Assembly: GCA_965657355.1 (NCBI GenBank)
Contig: CBFHOE010000003.1
Span: 1-64,000 of the forward strand
Length of the DNA: 64,000 bases
Reading direction: 5' to 3'
Origin: Limisphaerales bacterium
Lineage (GTDB): Bacteria; Verrucomicrobiota; Verrucomicrobiia; Limisphaerales; JAJOIW01
In this document: piece after piece, positions 18,075 to 28,777 of the stretch
Layout of the letters: each line of letters starts with the position of its first letter
Numbering within the stretch: the stretch's first letter is position 1
Notes under the pieces: model-generated
Told to the model about the DNA's origin: nothing
Databases searched by the model: none
The model's input: only the letters and a program-made list of their open reading frames with translations
Translations under genes and position numbers: made by a program

Positions 18075-18614
18075 TTACTGCTGAGGGGTCTCTTCAGGTG
18101 TTTCGGTTTCCTGGGATCCGGCGTCAGGTTTTTGTTTTATTTCTGATGCCTCAGCAGCTGCGTTTGTTGAGATGTTTTCATATTGTTCCGCTTCAGCAGC
18201 GGGAGGGATCGCAATCTCCGTTGGTTGGTTGGTTGAACCAATTACCGGTGTAGGTACGATGAGCTCGTTGGTATTTGATAATGCGCTTGGCGAAACAACA
18301 TTGGTATCACCTACAAGTGCTGGGGCTTTTTGCCCACCGTCCACAGTCAAGAGATCGTCAATGTCGTCACTGGCATTTTTGCTGACCAGGATTGATACGA
18401 CTAAGGTCAAAGATAGGAACACAATAGTTCCTTTTGTCGTCATTTTTGATAAAGCATTTGCCGCTCCACCTTGAAATAAGGCTTCACCCGCTCCACCGCC
18501 AAATGCCATGCCAATCCCTGCCTCCTTCTTAGGTAACTGAATTATAATCAGTAAAACCAAAAAGCTGGCATTGAGAAACAGAACAAAAAGTAAAACTCCA
18601 ATTATAAAGCTCAT
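18075..18614 (-). CDS. secG: Preprotein translocase subunit SecG with long acidic/Pro-rich tail
   Basis: Two TM segments flanking IIQLPKKEAGIGMAFGGG..LFQG..LSKMT; lies downstream of tpiA. Confidence 0.9.
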   Translation of the reverse strand: MSFIIGVLLFVLFLNASFLVLLIIIQLPKKEAGIGMAFGGGAGEALFQGGAANALSKMTTKGTIVFLSLTLVVSILVSKNASDDIDDLLTVDGGQKAPALVGDTNVVSPSALSNTNELIVPTPVIGSTNQPTEIAIPPAAEAEQYENISTNAAAEASEIKQKPDAGSQETETPEETPQQ

Positions 18615-18650
18615 TATTTAAATTAAGGTCTGCTAATTAATCAAAATCGA

Positions 18651-19418
18651 TCAATCAAGGCAAGTTTTGATTATTTCGGTGAAACTTCGTGCCTCGAGAG
18701 ACGCGCCCCCAACCAAAGCTCCATCGATGTCTGGTTGGGACATTAACTCTCTGGCATTGTTTGGCTTAACACTTCCACCATACTGAATCCTGACAATCTT
18801 TGCGGTGGATTCATCATACATGTCCCCAATCAATTTTCTAATAAAGGCATGAACTTCTTGTGCTTGTTCGGAAGTCGCCGTTTTTCCCGTGCCTATCGCC
18901 CAAACGGGCTCGTAGGCGATAACAGTATCAGCCATTTTTGCTGCTTCGATACCATCCAACGAACCTCGAATTTGAGTTTCAATAACGTTCTCCGTAATAC
19001 CTTTTTCTCTTTCTTCCAGCGTTTCACCAACACAAACAATGGGTCTCAGAGCCGCTGCGTGCGCTGCTTGTGCTTTAACTGAAACTAATGCGTCGGTTTC
19101 ATTGAAAAATTGACGACGCTCAGAATGGCCCAGAATCACATATCTTACGGAAAATTCTTTAAGCATCCCGGATGAAATTTCCCCTGTATAAGCACCCGAA
19201 GCATGTTGGGACATATTCTGTGCCCCAAGCCTAACTGTGCTTGATATTATTTTTTTTGAGACTTCGGCTAATGCCGTAAAAGGTGGGCAGACAACCATGT
19301 CAATTTCGTGGATGTCCTTTAAATCGAGCAGAAGTCCACTGACGAGGTCTTCCGCCTCGCCCACAGTTTTGTTCATCTTCCAATTTCCAGCGATAATCAG
19401 TTTGCGGTCTTTGTTCAT
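18651..19418 (-). CDS. tpiA: Triosephosphate isomerase
   Basis: AGNWKMN, GHSERR, AYEPVWAIGTG, YGGSV, LVGGASL. Confidence 0.98.
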   Translation of the reverse strand: MNKDRKLIIAGNWKMNKTVGEAEDLVSGLLLDLKDIHEIDMVVCPPFTALAEVSKKIISSTVRLGAQNMSQHASGAYTGEISSGMLKEFSVRYVILGHSERRQFFNETDALVSVKAQAAHAAALRPIVCVGETLEEREKGITENVIETQIRGSLDGIEAAKMADTVIAYEPVWAIGTGKTATSEQAQEVHAFIRKLIGDMYDESTAKIVRIQYGGSVKPNNARELMSQPDIDGALVGGASLEARSFTEIIKTCLD

Positions 19419-19446
19419 TTTTTAAACGAAATCAGATTTTATAAAT

Positions 19447-20703
19447 TTAAATGTCAGAAAGAGCTGTGACGCCAGGGAGGGCCTTTCCTTCCAGGAATTC
19501 CAGGCTGGCCCCGCCTCCTGTGCTCGCGAATGTTATCTTATCAGACAGGCCCGTGTTGTTGAGAGCTTTTACACTATCGCCTCCGCCAATAATACTCTTG
19601 GCACCATTGGCGGTGGCTTCTGCTACAGCATGAGAAACTGCATAGCTGCCCTTGGCAAATCTATCATCTTCAAACATTCCCATCGGGCCATTCCACAAGA
19701 TGGTCTTGGCAGATTTAATGACCTCGGAATACCGCTCAATGCTTTTTGGCCCAATATCAAAACCCTCAGCTTCATCGGGTATATTAAGTGAATCATTAAT
19801 TCTCGCATTGACAAACTCCATAACCGGCTTGCCTTTTTTGTTGAGCTTATCCGTTTTAACAACATCGGCTATTGTGTTGTCGCTCGGTAGTAGGAATTGG
19901 ACATTTTTCTCTTTCGCTTTGTCTAAAGCTGAGAGTGCTGTTCCTGTCATATCTGGCTCAACCAATGATTTTCCTACTTTATGCCCAAGGGCCAGTCTGA
20001 ATGTATATGCCATGGCACCTCCAATAATAATAGTGTCTGCTTTTTCAAGAAGTCGGTCGATGACCTTAATCTTATCCGAAACCTTTGCTCCTCCCAAAAT
20101 CACAACGAACGGTTTCGCCGGAGATTCAAGCTCTTCGCCGAGAAACTGAAGTTCTCTTTGCATTAAGAATCCTGCGGCACAAGGCTTTCCCTGGGATTTC
20201 AATATCGCCGCAACTCCCGCGGTGGAGGCATGGGCACGATGGGCTGCCCCAAAGGCATCATTAACGTAAACGTCAGCATGCCTGGCAAGTTGGCCAGCAA
20301 ATTCCTGATCATTTGCCTCTTCCGAGGCGTGATATCTCAAATTCTCCAAAAGCAATACTCCACCGTCATCCATATTTTCCACTGCTTTTTCCGCTGCTGG
20401 ACCAACGCAATCGCTCGCAAAATCGACTTTTTTACCAAGGATTTCGCTCAATCTTGCGGCCACAGGAGCCAACGACATGCTTGGCTCCGGTTTCCCTTTG
20501 GGTCTTCCCAAATGGGCTGCCAGAATTGTTCGGGCTCCGCTTGAAACAAGATGCTCCAGGGTTTTTAAAGTCGCTCGTATCCTAGTCTCATCATTGATGA
20601 CCATATTGCCATCCACCTCCGCCATAGGAACGTTGTAGTCGACTCGAACAAAAACGCGCTTACCGCGCAGATCCTCAATTCTGTCTATGCTCAGTTTTGC
20701 CAT
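19447..20703 (-). CDS. pgk: Phosphoglycerate kinase
   Basis: [54 protein letters not shown]. Confidence 0.98.
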   Translation of the reverse strand: MAKLSIDRIEDLRGKRVFVRVDYNVPMAEVDGNMVINDETRIRATLKTLEHLVSSGARTILAAHLGRPKGKPEPSMSLAPVAARLSEILGKKVDFASDCVGPAAEKAVENMDDGGVLLLENLRYHASEEANDQEFAGQLARHADVYVNDAFGAAHRAHASTAGVAAILKSQGKPCAAGFLMQRELQFLGEELESPAKPFVVILGGAKVSDKIKVIDRLLEKADTIIIGGAMAYTFRLALGHKVGKSLVEPDMTGTALSALDKAKEKNVQFLLPSDNTIADVVKTDKLNKKGKPVMEFVNARINDSLNIPDEAEGFDIGPKSIERYSEVIKSAKTILWNGPMGMFEDDRFAKGSYAVSHAVAEATANGAKSIIGGGDSVKALNNTGLSDKITFASTGGGASLEFLEGKALPGVTALSDI

Positions 20704-21035
20704 TTTTTTGGAATGTCAAACATACCTTCCTCACCAAGGGAGTCAAAACCATTCTCGTATCACTAGACACAAAACACAATAGGTGTGTGATTGCTGACAT
20801 TTATTCTATACACACACTTTTGGAGCTGCTTTTGACTTGGGCCGCATGCTTTTTCTCAACGGCTCCTAGGCTTCAAAATCGAACACTTGATTAATTTGAT
20901 TTGCTGATCCAATATCCGTTTGACGACGAGTATGGGAAGTGAATGCCGACGGAGTGGCTCAATTATTGTGAGTTCAATCTCTTGACAGGCATACTTGATG
21001 CTGTGCGTTCCCGACTGGTCACCTAATTTAATAAC

Positions 21036-23810
21036 ATGGCCAGAAGATCAAAAAGGCGCGCTAAAAGAAACCGACTACCATCTTTATACAACGGTCGGGC
21101 GGTGGCTCTTTTACTTTTGGGATTATTATTCGGCCTAGCCCTCTACACCTACGATTCTTTAGCCTACCTCACTGCTCATTCTGCTAAGTTGGAAGAACAA
21201 GGGATAAGGTTTGAAAATATTGAACTTCTGACGAAGGACAAAACTGGCAATGGCAATCTCATCGGGTCTGGAGGGAACATTGTAGCTTTTCATGTGTTCT
21301 CTTTCATGGGCCTTGGTGGGTTCTTAATTCCTGTTGCTCTCATGGGTGTGGCAATCGGACAAATTGTGCCTGGATGGGATCATATGAAAAGGCATTGGTG
21401 GACCATTATAATACTCATTCTAGTGATTTGCGGAATGAGTAGCATGCATGATCCCCTTCTTTTGGAAATAAAGCCGAATCCCTGGAACAATTCTACTGCT
21501 GGTGGGCTCTTGGGGGATCTCGTAGTCTCTGTTTTTGGTTTTTTTGGTAAATTTGGTGGGACCGTAATGTTAATCCTCTTATACATGGGTTGCATTTACT
21601 GGTTCACAGATCGCCAACTTTTTGTTTGGGCAAATGAATGGTGGGATGAAAAGAAAGAGGAAGAATTTGAAGCTTATACATCCTCCTTGAAGAAAAAGGC
21701 AAAAAGCGTGTTGAAGGGATACAGGACTGAATCGGCCATCTCCGAATCTGAATCAGATCAAGGCAACTCAAATAAAAAGACTTCTGAGCCAGGCAACGAC
21801 CCTTTCCTTGAAAAAGCTCGGACTTCTAAGAGTAAAAAGAATCGTCAGCCTGTTACTTCGGTTGCTGAAGAATCTCAAACAGAATCTTCTGATAGTGAAG
21901 TCGCTGACTGGGGCGAGTTTCCTGAGCCAACTATAAGGGATATGAGTCAGCCCTCGACCTCAACCCAATCAGAGCCTCATGACCAGGAGAACGCTGTAGA
22001 AGACCTTGAACAGGAAACTGAGGCTCAGCCATCAATCGATGATGAGGGGGCAGAATTTTCTAAAAAGCCAGCAACTGCTAGCGAGATTCTTAGCCTGTCC
22101 AAGGGTAACGAACCTCCTCCCGCCGAGGATGCAGAAAATGCAAGCCAAGAGGAACAGACATTAGAGCCCGACGCTACGGCTGAACCACCTAAGCCTCTTT
22201 ATCAACCTAAGATTAAATCAAAAGGGCCTGTCCGAGTTGCTTCAGTGCCAACCATCCGCGGGTATAAACTACCGGGTATTAAGCATCTTGGCCTTGCTGA
22301 ACCGAGTATCCAGAACATCGACATACGTGATGAACTCATGAACAACGCGCTGTTGATGCAGACCACGCTTTCCCAATTTAAAATTGAAGTCAAGCTCGGG
22401 GATATTACCAAAGGGCCGACCATAACGAGATACGAATTACACCCGGCCCCTGGCATTAAAATGGAAAAGATTACCAGTCTGACCAATAATATCGCTGCTG
22501 CCCTACAGGCCGAAAGAATCAACATTTTAGCCCCAATTCCTGGAAAGAGCTCGGTAGGTATTGAGGTGCCCAATCGGGTCAAATCCATGGTCATGATGAG
22601 GGAGCTGCTGGAATCTCCTCAGTGGAAGAGGACCAAAGCAAAAATTCCTGTAGCGCTTGGAAAGGACGTTTATGGAAAACCTATCATTGCAGATTTGGCA
22701 GATATGCCACACCTTCTCATTGCTGGTGCGACGGGTTCTGGAAAATCAGTTTGTATTAATTCCGTCATAGCTTCCTTATTATACAGGTTTAAGCCCGATG
22801 AAATGCGGTTTGTAATGATCGACCCCAAGGTCGTTGAGTTGCAGCAATATAACCATTTGCCTCACCTCGTCGTCCCTGTGGTGAATGACCCAAAGAAGGT
22901 TATCCTCGCTTTGAGATGGGTCATTAATGAGATGGAGAAGAGGTATCAAATATTTGCCAAAGTCGGCGTCAGAAACATTAATAATTTCAATTCTCGCCAA
23001 GCAAAAAAAGAGGGCACTTCGAATCAGCCTGAACTTCCTTTGGATTCTGATTCGGGCGATGGATTCGCCGTTGAGCTAGATAAAGAAATTTCAGTTCCCA
23101 GAGATGAGGAAATAGAAATACCAGATAAGCTAAGTTATATCGTGGTGATCATTGATGAGCTGGCGGATCTGATGTTGGTTGCGCCGGCTGATGTTGAAAT
23201 GGCAATTGCCCGGATCACTCAAATGGCGCGAGCCGCTGGAATTCACTGTATTGTGGCCACGCAAAGGCCGAGTGTGGATGTTATTACCGGAGTCATAAAA
23301 GCAAATATTCCCTGTCGAATTGCCTTCCAGGTCGCAGCTAAGGTAGACAGTCGAACCATTCTCGACGCAATGGGCGCCGACAAACTTCTTGGCAAAGGAG
23401 ATATGCTCTACCTCCCGCCGGGGAGTGCAAAACTCATCCGAGCGCAGGGCGCTTTGATTACCGATGAGGAAATTCAATCCATTGTAGAGTCCATCAATGA
23501 CCAAGGAAAACCAACGTACGAAGTTGAGATCCATGAGCAGCTCTCTAAAAAGTCGGTATCGACAGAATCTAAGGGCGGAATCGACGAAGACGAGGAGCTT
23601 ATCGAAAAATGTATTGATGTCATTCGGTCCGAAAAGAAAGCGAGTGTCTCTTTGATGCAGCGCCGGCTTAGACTTGGATATACCCGAGCCGCCAGGATCA
23701 TGGATGAACTGGAGGACCGCGGAATCGTCGGACCTAATAGGGGCGCCGAACCGAGAGAAATCCTCGTGGACTTAGATGGCACTGGAGCGGATGGTCAACC
23801 AGTTCATTAA
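21036..23810 (+). CDS. ftsK: DNA translocase FtsK
   Basis: N-terminal TM segments, acidic linker, PHLLIAGATGSGKS, IDELADLM, ATQRPSVDVITG, gamma domain SLMQRRLRLGYTRAARIMDELE. Confidence 0.97.
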   Translation: MARRSKRRAKRNRLPSLYNGRAVALLLLGLLFGLALYTYDSLAYLTAHSAKLEEQGIRFENIELLTKDKTGNGNLIGSGGNIVAFHVFSFMGLGGFLIPVALMGVAIGQIVPGWDHMKRHWWTIIILILVICGMSSMHDPLLLEIKPNPWNNSTAGGLLGDLVVSVFGFFGKFGGTVMLILLYMGCIYWFTDRQLFVWANEWWDEKKEEEFEAYTSSLKKKAKSVLKGYRTESAISESESDQGNSNKKTSEPGNDPFLEKARTSKSKKNRQPVTSVAEESQTESSDSEVADWGEFPEPTIRDMSQPSTSTQSEPHDQENAVEDLEQETEAQPSIDDEGAEFSKKPATASEILSLSKGNEPPPAEDAENASQEEQTLEPDATAEPPKPLYQPKIKSKGPVRVASVPTIRGYKLPGIKHLGLAEPSIQNIDIRDELMNNALLMQTTLSQFKIEVKLGDITKGPTITRYELHPAPGIKMEKITSLTNNIAAALQAERINILAPIPGKSSVGIEVPNRVKSMVMMRELLESPQWKRTKAKIPVALGKDVYGKPIIADLADMPHLLIAGATGSGKSVCINSVIASLLYRFKPDEMRFVMIDPKVVELQQYNHLPHLVVPVVNDPKKVILALRWVINEMEKRYQIFAKVGVRNINNFNSRQAKKEGTSNQPELPLDSDSGDGFAVELDKEISVPRDEEIEIPDKLSYIVVIIDELADLMLVAPADVEMAIARITQMARAAGIHCIVATQRPSVDVITGVIKANIPCRIAFQVAAKVDSRTILDAMGADKLLGKGDMLYLPPGSAKLIRAQGALITDEEIQSIVESINDQGKPTYEVEIHEQLSKKSVSTESKGGIDEDEELIEKCIDVIRSEKKASVSLMQRRLRLGYTRAARIMDELEDRGIVGPNRGAEPREILVDLDGTGADGQPVH

Positions 23811-23912
23811 AAGCTGTTAATTTTTCATAAATAGCTTCAGAGTTTTTGATGTTAATTAACCATTGTCTTACAGCGGTTCATAAATGAATATCTAATAGCT
23901 TTACCCTTTAGT

Positions 23913-24263
23913 ATGACTAATTATTTCACGGCAAAGTCTATTTATCGCCATATCGACCGAGAAGCCAGCGATCAGGATTCCACTCTCTACGAGGAGAGAA
24001 TGGTGTTAATTGAGTCCGATTCCTTTGATAATGCCCTTGTTGAAGCTAAAAAGGAAGCCACAGCATACGCTGACCAGTTTGAAAATGTCATATTTGCCGG
24101 GTATATAGATCTCTATGAACTCAGCTTAAAATCATTATCCGCCGGGTCAGAATTTTACTCCCTCATTCGTAGATGCTCTCTCGACATTGATGATTACATT
24201 GACAAATTTTATGATACTGGAGCGGAATGCGAGAGAGATGTGATTGATAAGAAAACGTATTAA
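23913..24263 (+). CDS. DUF4288-like small protein
   Basis: YEERMVLIESDSFDNAL..A...Y...F.G..DLYEL......EFYS pattern recognised from memory. Confidence 0.6.
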   Translation: MTNYFTAKSIYRHIDREASDQDSTLYEERMVLIESDSFDNALVEAKKEATAYADQFENVIFAGYIDLYELSLKSLSAGSEFYSLIRRCSLDIDDYIDKFYDTGAECERDVIDKKTY

Positions 24264-24323
24264 TTTAAATTTCTCTTCAGTAACAAACTTCCTTTAATCC
24301 TTATCCTTATACTCATCAAAACT

Positions 24324-25481
24324 GTGCGAATTGGAATTACATTTTTTTTGGCTATTTTCCTGGGGCTAATCTATGCCCAGACGTCCCTTTCAGAGGGTCT
24401 CAAACAGAATTCAGAATTCCCTGAGCTTACCTCTGATATTATAAATCGAGTGGAAGCATTAAAGAGGATTGATCCATCTGTAATTCAATCTTCTGAGTCA
24501 CTGCACAATGTCGTAGAAAAGGTTTTTGATTCTACAATTGGTCACCCAGTTTACGTTGAATTATCTATCAGGCTTAACAGGACAAAAAATGTCAGAGAAC
24601 TTTTGGAATTTATCGAAAAATATCCTGATCATTACGCTGCTTCTGAGGCTATTCGATTTATCATAAAACTCGGTAAAACCTCAGTCATCTCTGATCGTAT
24701 CAATGCCAATCTAAAAACTGATGAGGACAAAGTCATTGGGCTCTTAAATCTACTGGCGGGAACCGGCTCGCAGGAAGGAGAAGATTTCTTGGTAGAGATT
24801 CTTCTCAGTTCCTCCACACATCAGAGGATATCTAAGCAAATTATAACCTCACTCTGTTCCTCCAAAAAAGGAGCTGATAGATTAATCGGTCTTAAAATTT
24901 CAGGAAAACTACCAGTATCACTGGAGCTTTATTCAAGTCAGATGCTTTCGCTCGTCCCTTGGCCCAAAACTAGAGAGCAATCAACGAAGCATTTCTCTAG
25001 TATCGCCGGTAAAGGATCACTTGGATTATCTCTTGCTGACTTGAAGCAATTTCCAGCGGATCATAATCAGGGGCGAAAGGTCTATAATGATCCGGTTATA
25101 GGGTGTTTTCGGTGTCATGTTGTCGAAGGCAAGGGAACCCACTTTGGTCCCGAACTATCACTTATTGCCGACAAACTGCCACCGTCTGCCATATTAAAAG
25201 CGATTCAAGAGCCCAGTGCTGGAATTTCCTTTGATTACGAGGCGTGGGAAATTGAAATAGATACGACCGAATTTTTTTATGGCATCATTGTTAGCGAAAC
25301 TGATGAATTTATCGTCATCCGCGATTCACTTGGCGTCGATCAGAAGATTTTTAAAAATACTATTATTTCTAGAGAAAAATCAAAGACTTCAGCTATGCCA
25401 TCAGGGCTTGCTGAGCTCATCTCTCCAAAGCAAATGGCTAACCTGATTGCCTATTTATCCCGCCTTAAGAAAGAAAGATGA
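24324..25481 (+). CDS. Exported c-type cytochrome with Pirellula/Verrucomicrobium-type heme-binding domain
   Basis: Signal peptide, helical repeat-like region, CFRCH, GPELS, PSAGISFDY, SAMPSG (distal Met). Confidence 0.8.
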   Translation: MRIGITFFLAIFLGLIYAQTSLSEGLKQNSEFPELTSDIINRVEALKRIDPSVIQSSESLHNVVEKVFDSTIGHPVYVELSIRLNRTKNVRELLEFIEKYPDHYAASEAIRFIIKLGKTSVISDRINANLKTDEDKVIGLLNLLAGTGSQEGEDFLVEILLSSSTHQRISKQIITSLCSSKKGADRLIGLKISGKLPVSLELYSSQMLSLVPWPKTREQSTKHFSSIAGKGSLGLSLADLKQFPADHNQGRKVYNDPVIGCFRCHVVEGKGTHFGPELSLIADKLPPSAILKAIQEPSAGISFDYEAWEIEIDTTEFFYGIIVSETDEFIVIRDSLGVDQKIFKNTIISREKSKTSAMPSGLAELISPKQMANLIAYLSRLKKER

Positions 25482-25945
25482 AATCTTTCCGCAACAAGCA
25501 TAATTTATTCGTAGTATTCTCATTTTGTATTTTGCTTCTGACTGGTTGTTTAAAATTTGGTGATGAAATCTCTACCGAAGCGCTTACACCAGAACAGCTT
25601 AAGTATTGTTTTTCTACTTTGTGCTTAAATGAAGACATTAAAGTAGTTCCACTTGGATACAAACTAAATGCGTCCGGTATTGACGATGCTATTTGGTTTA
25701 AATTTAAAACCAATACTAGTGATTACAGAGAAATATTTAAGGAAGAATTAACGGATGCTATTTCTTTTAAGAAGGATTATAAATTTTCTCCTCAAAATGC
25801 ATATGAGACTTGGTGGAACCCCAAAGACACGGCGATGATAGGTGGACAAATTGAATTGCCGGGATTGAAATATATGGAGGTTGGAATTTCCGAATCAAAT
25901 ACTCCAGGTGAATATATAATTTATATATTCTGGTTCGAGGTGTAG
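25478..25945 (+). CDS. Hypothetical lipoprotein
   Basis: Lipobox LLTGC after a basic/hydrophobic N-terminus; 4-nt overlap with the upstream gene. Confidence 0.65.
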   Translation: MKSFRNKHNLFVVFSFCILLLTGCLKFGDEISTEALTPEQLKYCFSTLCLNEDIKVVPLGYKLNASGIDDAIWFKFKTNTSDYREIFKEELTDAISFKKDYKFSPQNAYETWWNPKDTAMIGGQIELPGLKYMEVGISESNTPGEYIIYIFWFEV

Positions 25946-26010
25946 TGAAATAATCGGTCTGCAATGGATAAGAATAGTTCCATTGCATGTCGGAAAAAGA
26001 GACCTATATT

Positions 26011-26442
26011 TCACCCGCCACATCTAAAAGAGATTCTAGAAATTTCTGATGCGCTGAAAGCAGACTGAAGAGCTTTAAGAATTTCTTTTCGTCTAAATCT
26101 AACAATTTCATCTAGCCAAACCTGGGAATCAACGGAGACGAAAAGTGTTCCATTTTTCATTCCCGTTGGGTGTGAGTGCTCTTGAACAACGGGATCCACG
26201 ACCTCTTTCCAAACTAATCGAATCTCGGATTGAGCTAACTTTTTTTCGAGATTAAACTTTTTTGTAACATCATCAACCAGGGATTTTATCGACTTCAGAT
26301 CATGTATGTTTTCTTTTTCCCATGATTTTGGCTGTTCTTTGTTCCATTCTGCCAGTGTGGTTTCTTTATCTGAGTATTTTTGTCTTTTAAGCCTTAATGG
26401 TGGCCTTGAGAAGCTTTGGTTATTAGGTCGATAAAATCGCAT
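26011..26442 (-). CDS. DUF721 / DciA-like protein
   Basis: WKEVVDPVVQEHSHP..NGTLFVSVDSQVWLDEI..KEILKAL..ISRISF, typical of DUF721. Confidence 0.8.
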   Translation of the reverse strand: MRFYRPNNQSFSRPPLRLKRQKYSDKETTLAEWNKEQPKSWEKENIHDLKSIKSLVDDVTKKFNLEKKLAQSEIRLVWKEVVDPVVQEHSHPTGMKNGTLFVSVDSQVWLDEIVRFRRKEILKALQSAFSASEISRISFRCGG

Positions 26443-26457
26443 ACTTCTCAGGGTAAA

Positions 26458-28275
26458 TTAATGATCCAGCGGAGCTGGTGTTGAGCCAGCCTCACCGGGA
26501 TGTCTGATGTTTTCCACCGATTCTTGAATCTTTTGCGGTGGAGCTGGAGTGATCCGAGAAACGAGAATGGTAATGACGAAATTTAAGACCATGCCGATTG
26601 TCCCGATTCCAGCAGTGCTTATGCCGGTTGCGTTACTTAAAGCTTTAGGCCAAATCCAGACATCACCTGCTATGTATGAGAAAGTAAAAGCGATTCCTGT
26701 AATCATACCCGCTATGGCTCCTTCTTTCGTCGTTCGCTTTGAGAAAATACCTAAAATAATAGCTGGGAAAAAGCTGCTTGCAGCAAGACCGAAAGCGAAA
26801 GCGACAACCTCACCCACAAACCCGGGAGGATTTATACCAAAAAGGCCAGCGACGATAACCGCACCAGCAGCAGCTATTCTAGCCCATAATAATTCTGATT
26901 TTTCAGTCATCTTCTTAGCAATCATATTTTTCATAAGATCGTGAGAGATCGCTGAGGAAATAACGAGTAAGAGCCCCGCAGCAGTGGATAATGCAGCAGC
27001 CAACCCACCCGCAGCAACAAGCCCAACTACCCAATAGGGAAGGTTCGCAATTTGAGGGTTGGCCAAAACCATAATATCCCTGTCGACGTAAAGTTCATTA
27101 ACAGTCTCTGTTGGGGTATTTTTTTCTGGGTCTAACTTAGGCTCCCCACTAGCGCCTGTTATATATTCTTTATCAGAATTTTTTAGGAAAACTGGTTTTC
27201 CAGAAAAGGCAGCACCGGGGCCGTATTGAATTATCCCATCATTATTTTTATCGACCCAAGCAACCAATTGAGATGATTCCCACGTCTTATACCATTTCGG
27301 CACTTCAGAATATGATTTCTCATGTAATGTTTGGATCATATTAACACGCGCAAAAGCTGAGACCGCTGGCGCTGTCGTATAAAGAAGCCCAATGAATAAT
27401 AATGCCCAAAAAGCACTCCACCTCGCGGCCTTCATGTCTTTTACAGTGTAAAACCTAATGATGACGTGCGGCAGGCCTGCCGTACCTGCCATGAGAGAAA
27501 CCGTAATGAGGAGCATGTTGAGCATGGAGGTTTTGCCACTGGCCCAAGCTGCCGTGTATTCTGGTAACCCAAGATCGGTATGGATTTTATCCAAAGTCTC
27601 GAGCAGGAACATCCCTGCATTCTCACCCTCGATAATTTTGGAACCAAACCCAATCTGAGGTACCCAATGACCTGTCATTTGGTGAGATATAGCTATTGCT
27701 GGAATTAAAAAAGCGATAATAAGAACAACGTATTGAGCAACTTGGGTGTATGTGATTCCTTTCATTCCACCGAGTGTTGCGTAGAGAAAAACAATCACCA
27801 TTCCTATGATCACGCCAAGATTAATGTCCACCCCTAGAAAATTGGAGAAGACAATGCCCACGCCTCGCATTTGACCTGCAACATATGTCAGCGAGACAAA
27901 TATGGCGCATATTATCGCAACAAGCCTTGCAATATTTGAATAATATCTGGTTCCTACAAAATCAGGAACTGTGAATTGCCCGAATTTGCGAAGATAAGGA
28001 GCTAGCAACATGGCCAAAAGCACATAGCCACCCGTCCAGCCTATGAGGTAAACGGAAGCAGAGTATCCGGAGAATGAAATCAGCCCTGCCATTGAAAGAA
28101 ATGAAGCAGCACTCATCCAATCGGCACCAGTTGCCATGCCATTTAAAATTGACGGCACTCCTTGACCTGCAACGTAAAATCCTCTCGTGCTTTTGACGCG
28201 AGTATAGATTGCAATTCCAATGTAAACACTAAAAGTCAAAGCAACCAGAAGGTATGTCCAACCTGTTTCGTTCAC
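26458..28275 (-). CDS. Sodium:solute symporter large subunit (ActP-related)
   Basis: GMATGADWMSAASF, GWTGGY, GGMKGITYTQ, GTAGLPHV, AAGGLAAALST; loop contains EF-hand-like DKNNDGIIQ. Confidence 0.92.
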   Translation of the reverse strand: MNETGWTYLLVALTFSVYIGIAIYTRVKSTRGFYVAGQGVPSILNGMATGADWMSAASFLSMAGLISFSGYSASVYLIGWTGGYVLLAMLLAPYLRKFGQFTVPDFVGTRYYSNIARLVAIICAIFVSLTYVAGQMRGVGIVFSNFLGVDINLGVIIGMVIVFLYATLGGMKGITYTQVAQYVVLIIAFLIPAIAISHQMTGHWVPQIGFGSKIIEGENAGMFLLETLDKIHTDLGLPEYTAAWASGKTSMLNMLLITVSLMAGTAGLPHVIIRFYTVKDMKAARWSAFWALLFIGLLYTTAPAVSAFARVNMIQTLHEKSYSEVPKWYKTWESSQLVAWVDKNNDGIIQYGPGAAFSGKPVFLKNSDKEYITGASGEPKLDPEKNTPTETVNELYVDRDIMVLANPQIANLPYWVVGLVAAGGLAAALSTAAGLLLVISSAISHDLMKNMIAKKMTEKSELLWARIAAAGAVIVAGLFGINPPGFVGEVVAFAFGLAASSFFPAIILGIFSKRTTKEGAIAGMITGIAFTFSYIAGDVWIWPKALSNATGISTAGIGTIGMVLNFVITILVSRITPAPPQKIQESVENIRHPGEAGSTPAPLDH

Positions 28276-28613
28276 GGCTGGCCTCCTTTATCATTTCTGG
28301 GCATGTCAGAATCGCTTTCCGCTTGCTTGTTGCCGGCTTTGAAACTGGAAATTTCATTCTCAAAAGACCTATCTATTTTATTCATGAGGATCCCGTATAT
28401 GAAAATCAGGATGATGAATGAAATAATGGATCCCTGTTGAGCGAACCAAAAACCGAGAGGGAACCCTAAAATTTTTATTTGGTTTAAAGGCTCTACCAAG
28501 ACGATACTGAGTAGGCAACTCACGATAGCCCAAATAATCAAAAGAGAGCCAACTACTTTCAAATTGGTTCTCCAATAACGCGAATTAATCTCGCCAAGTT
28601 TCTCATTTTTCAT
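28272..28613 (-). CDS. DUF4212 small subunit of the solute symporter
   Basis: YWRTN..LL.IW..S, GFPLGFWFAQQGSI, MNKID; 4-nt overlap with the large subunit. Confidence 0.9.
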   Translation of the reverse strand: MKNEKLGEINSRYWRTNLKVVGSLLIIWAIVSCLLSIVLVEPLNQIKILGFPLGFWFAQQGSIISFIILIFIYGILMNKIDRSFENEISSFKAGNKQAESDSDMPRNDKGGQP

Positions 28614-28777
28614 TTAAAAGAATGATCCTATTAAAATTATCCGTGTAAACTAAAGCGGGATTCCACATTAGATCGATGAACGGTATCCTCCACTGATATC
28701 AAAGCTGGGAATTCCTGACAACGCTTTCCGATTGATTCAGATGGTTTTATGCCTGGTAGATTTTACCTAAAATTAGG

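Noticed and set aside
20697..20894. 65-aa ORF and GTGTGTG/CACACAC complementarity between pgk and ftsK
   Set aside because: No recognisable protein features and weak pairing; most likely divergent promoter DNA.
20987..21002. Possible sigma-54 site AGGCATA-CTTG-ATGCT upstream of ftsK
   Set aside because: Spacing is right but both half-sites deviate from consensus, and it overlaps a TTGACA hexamer; ambiguous.
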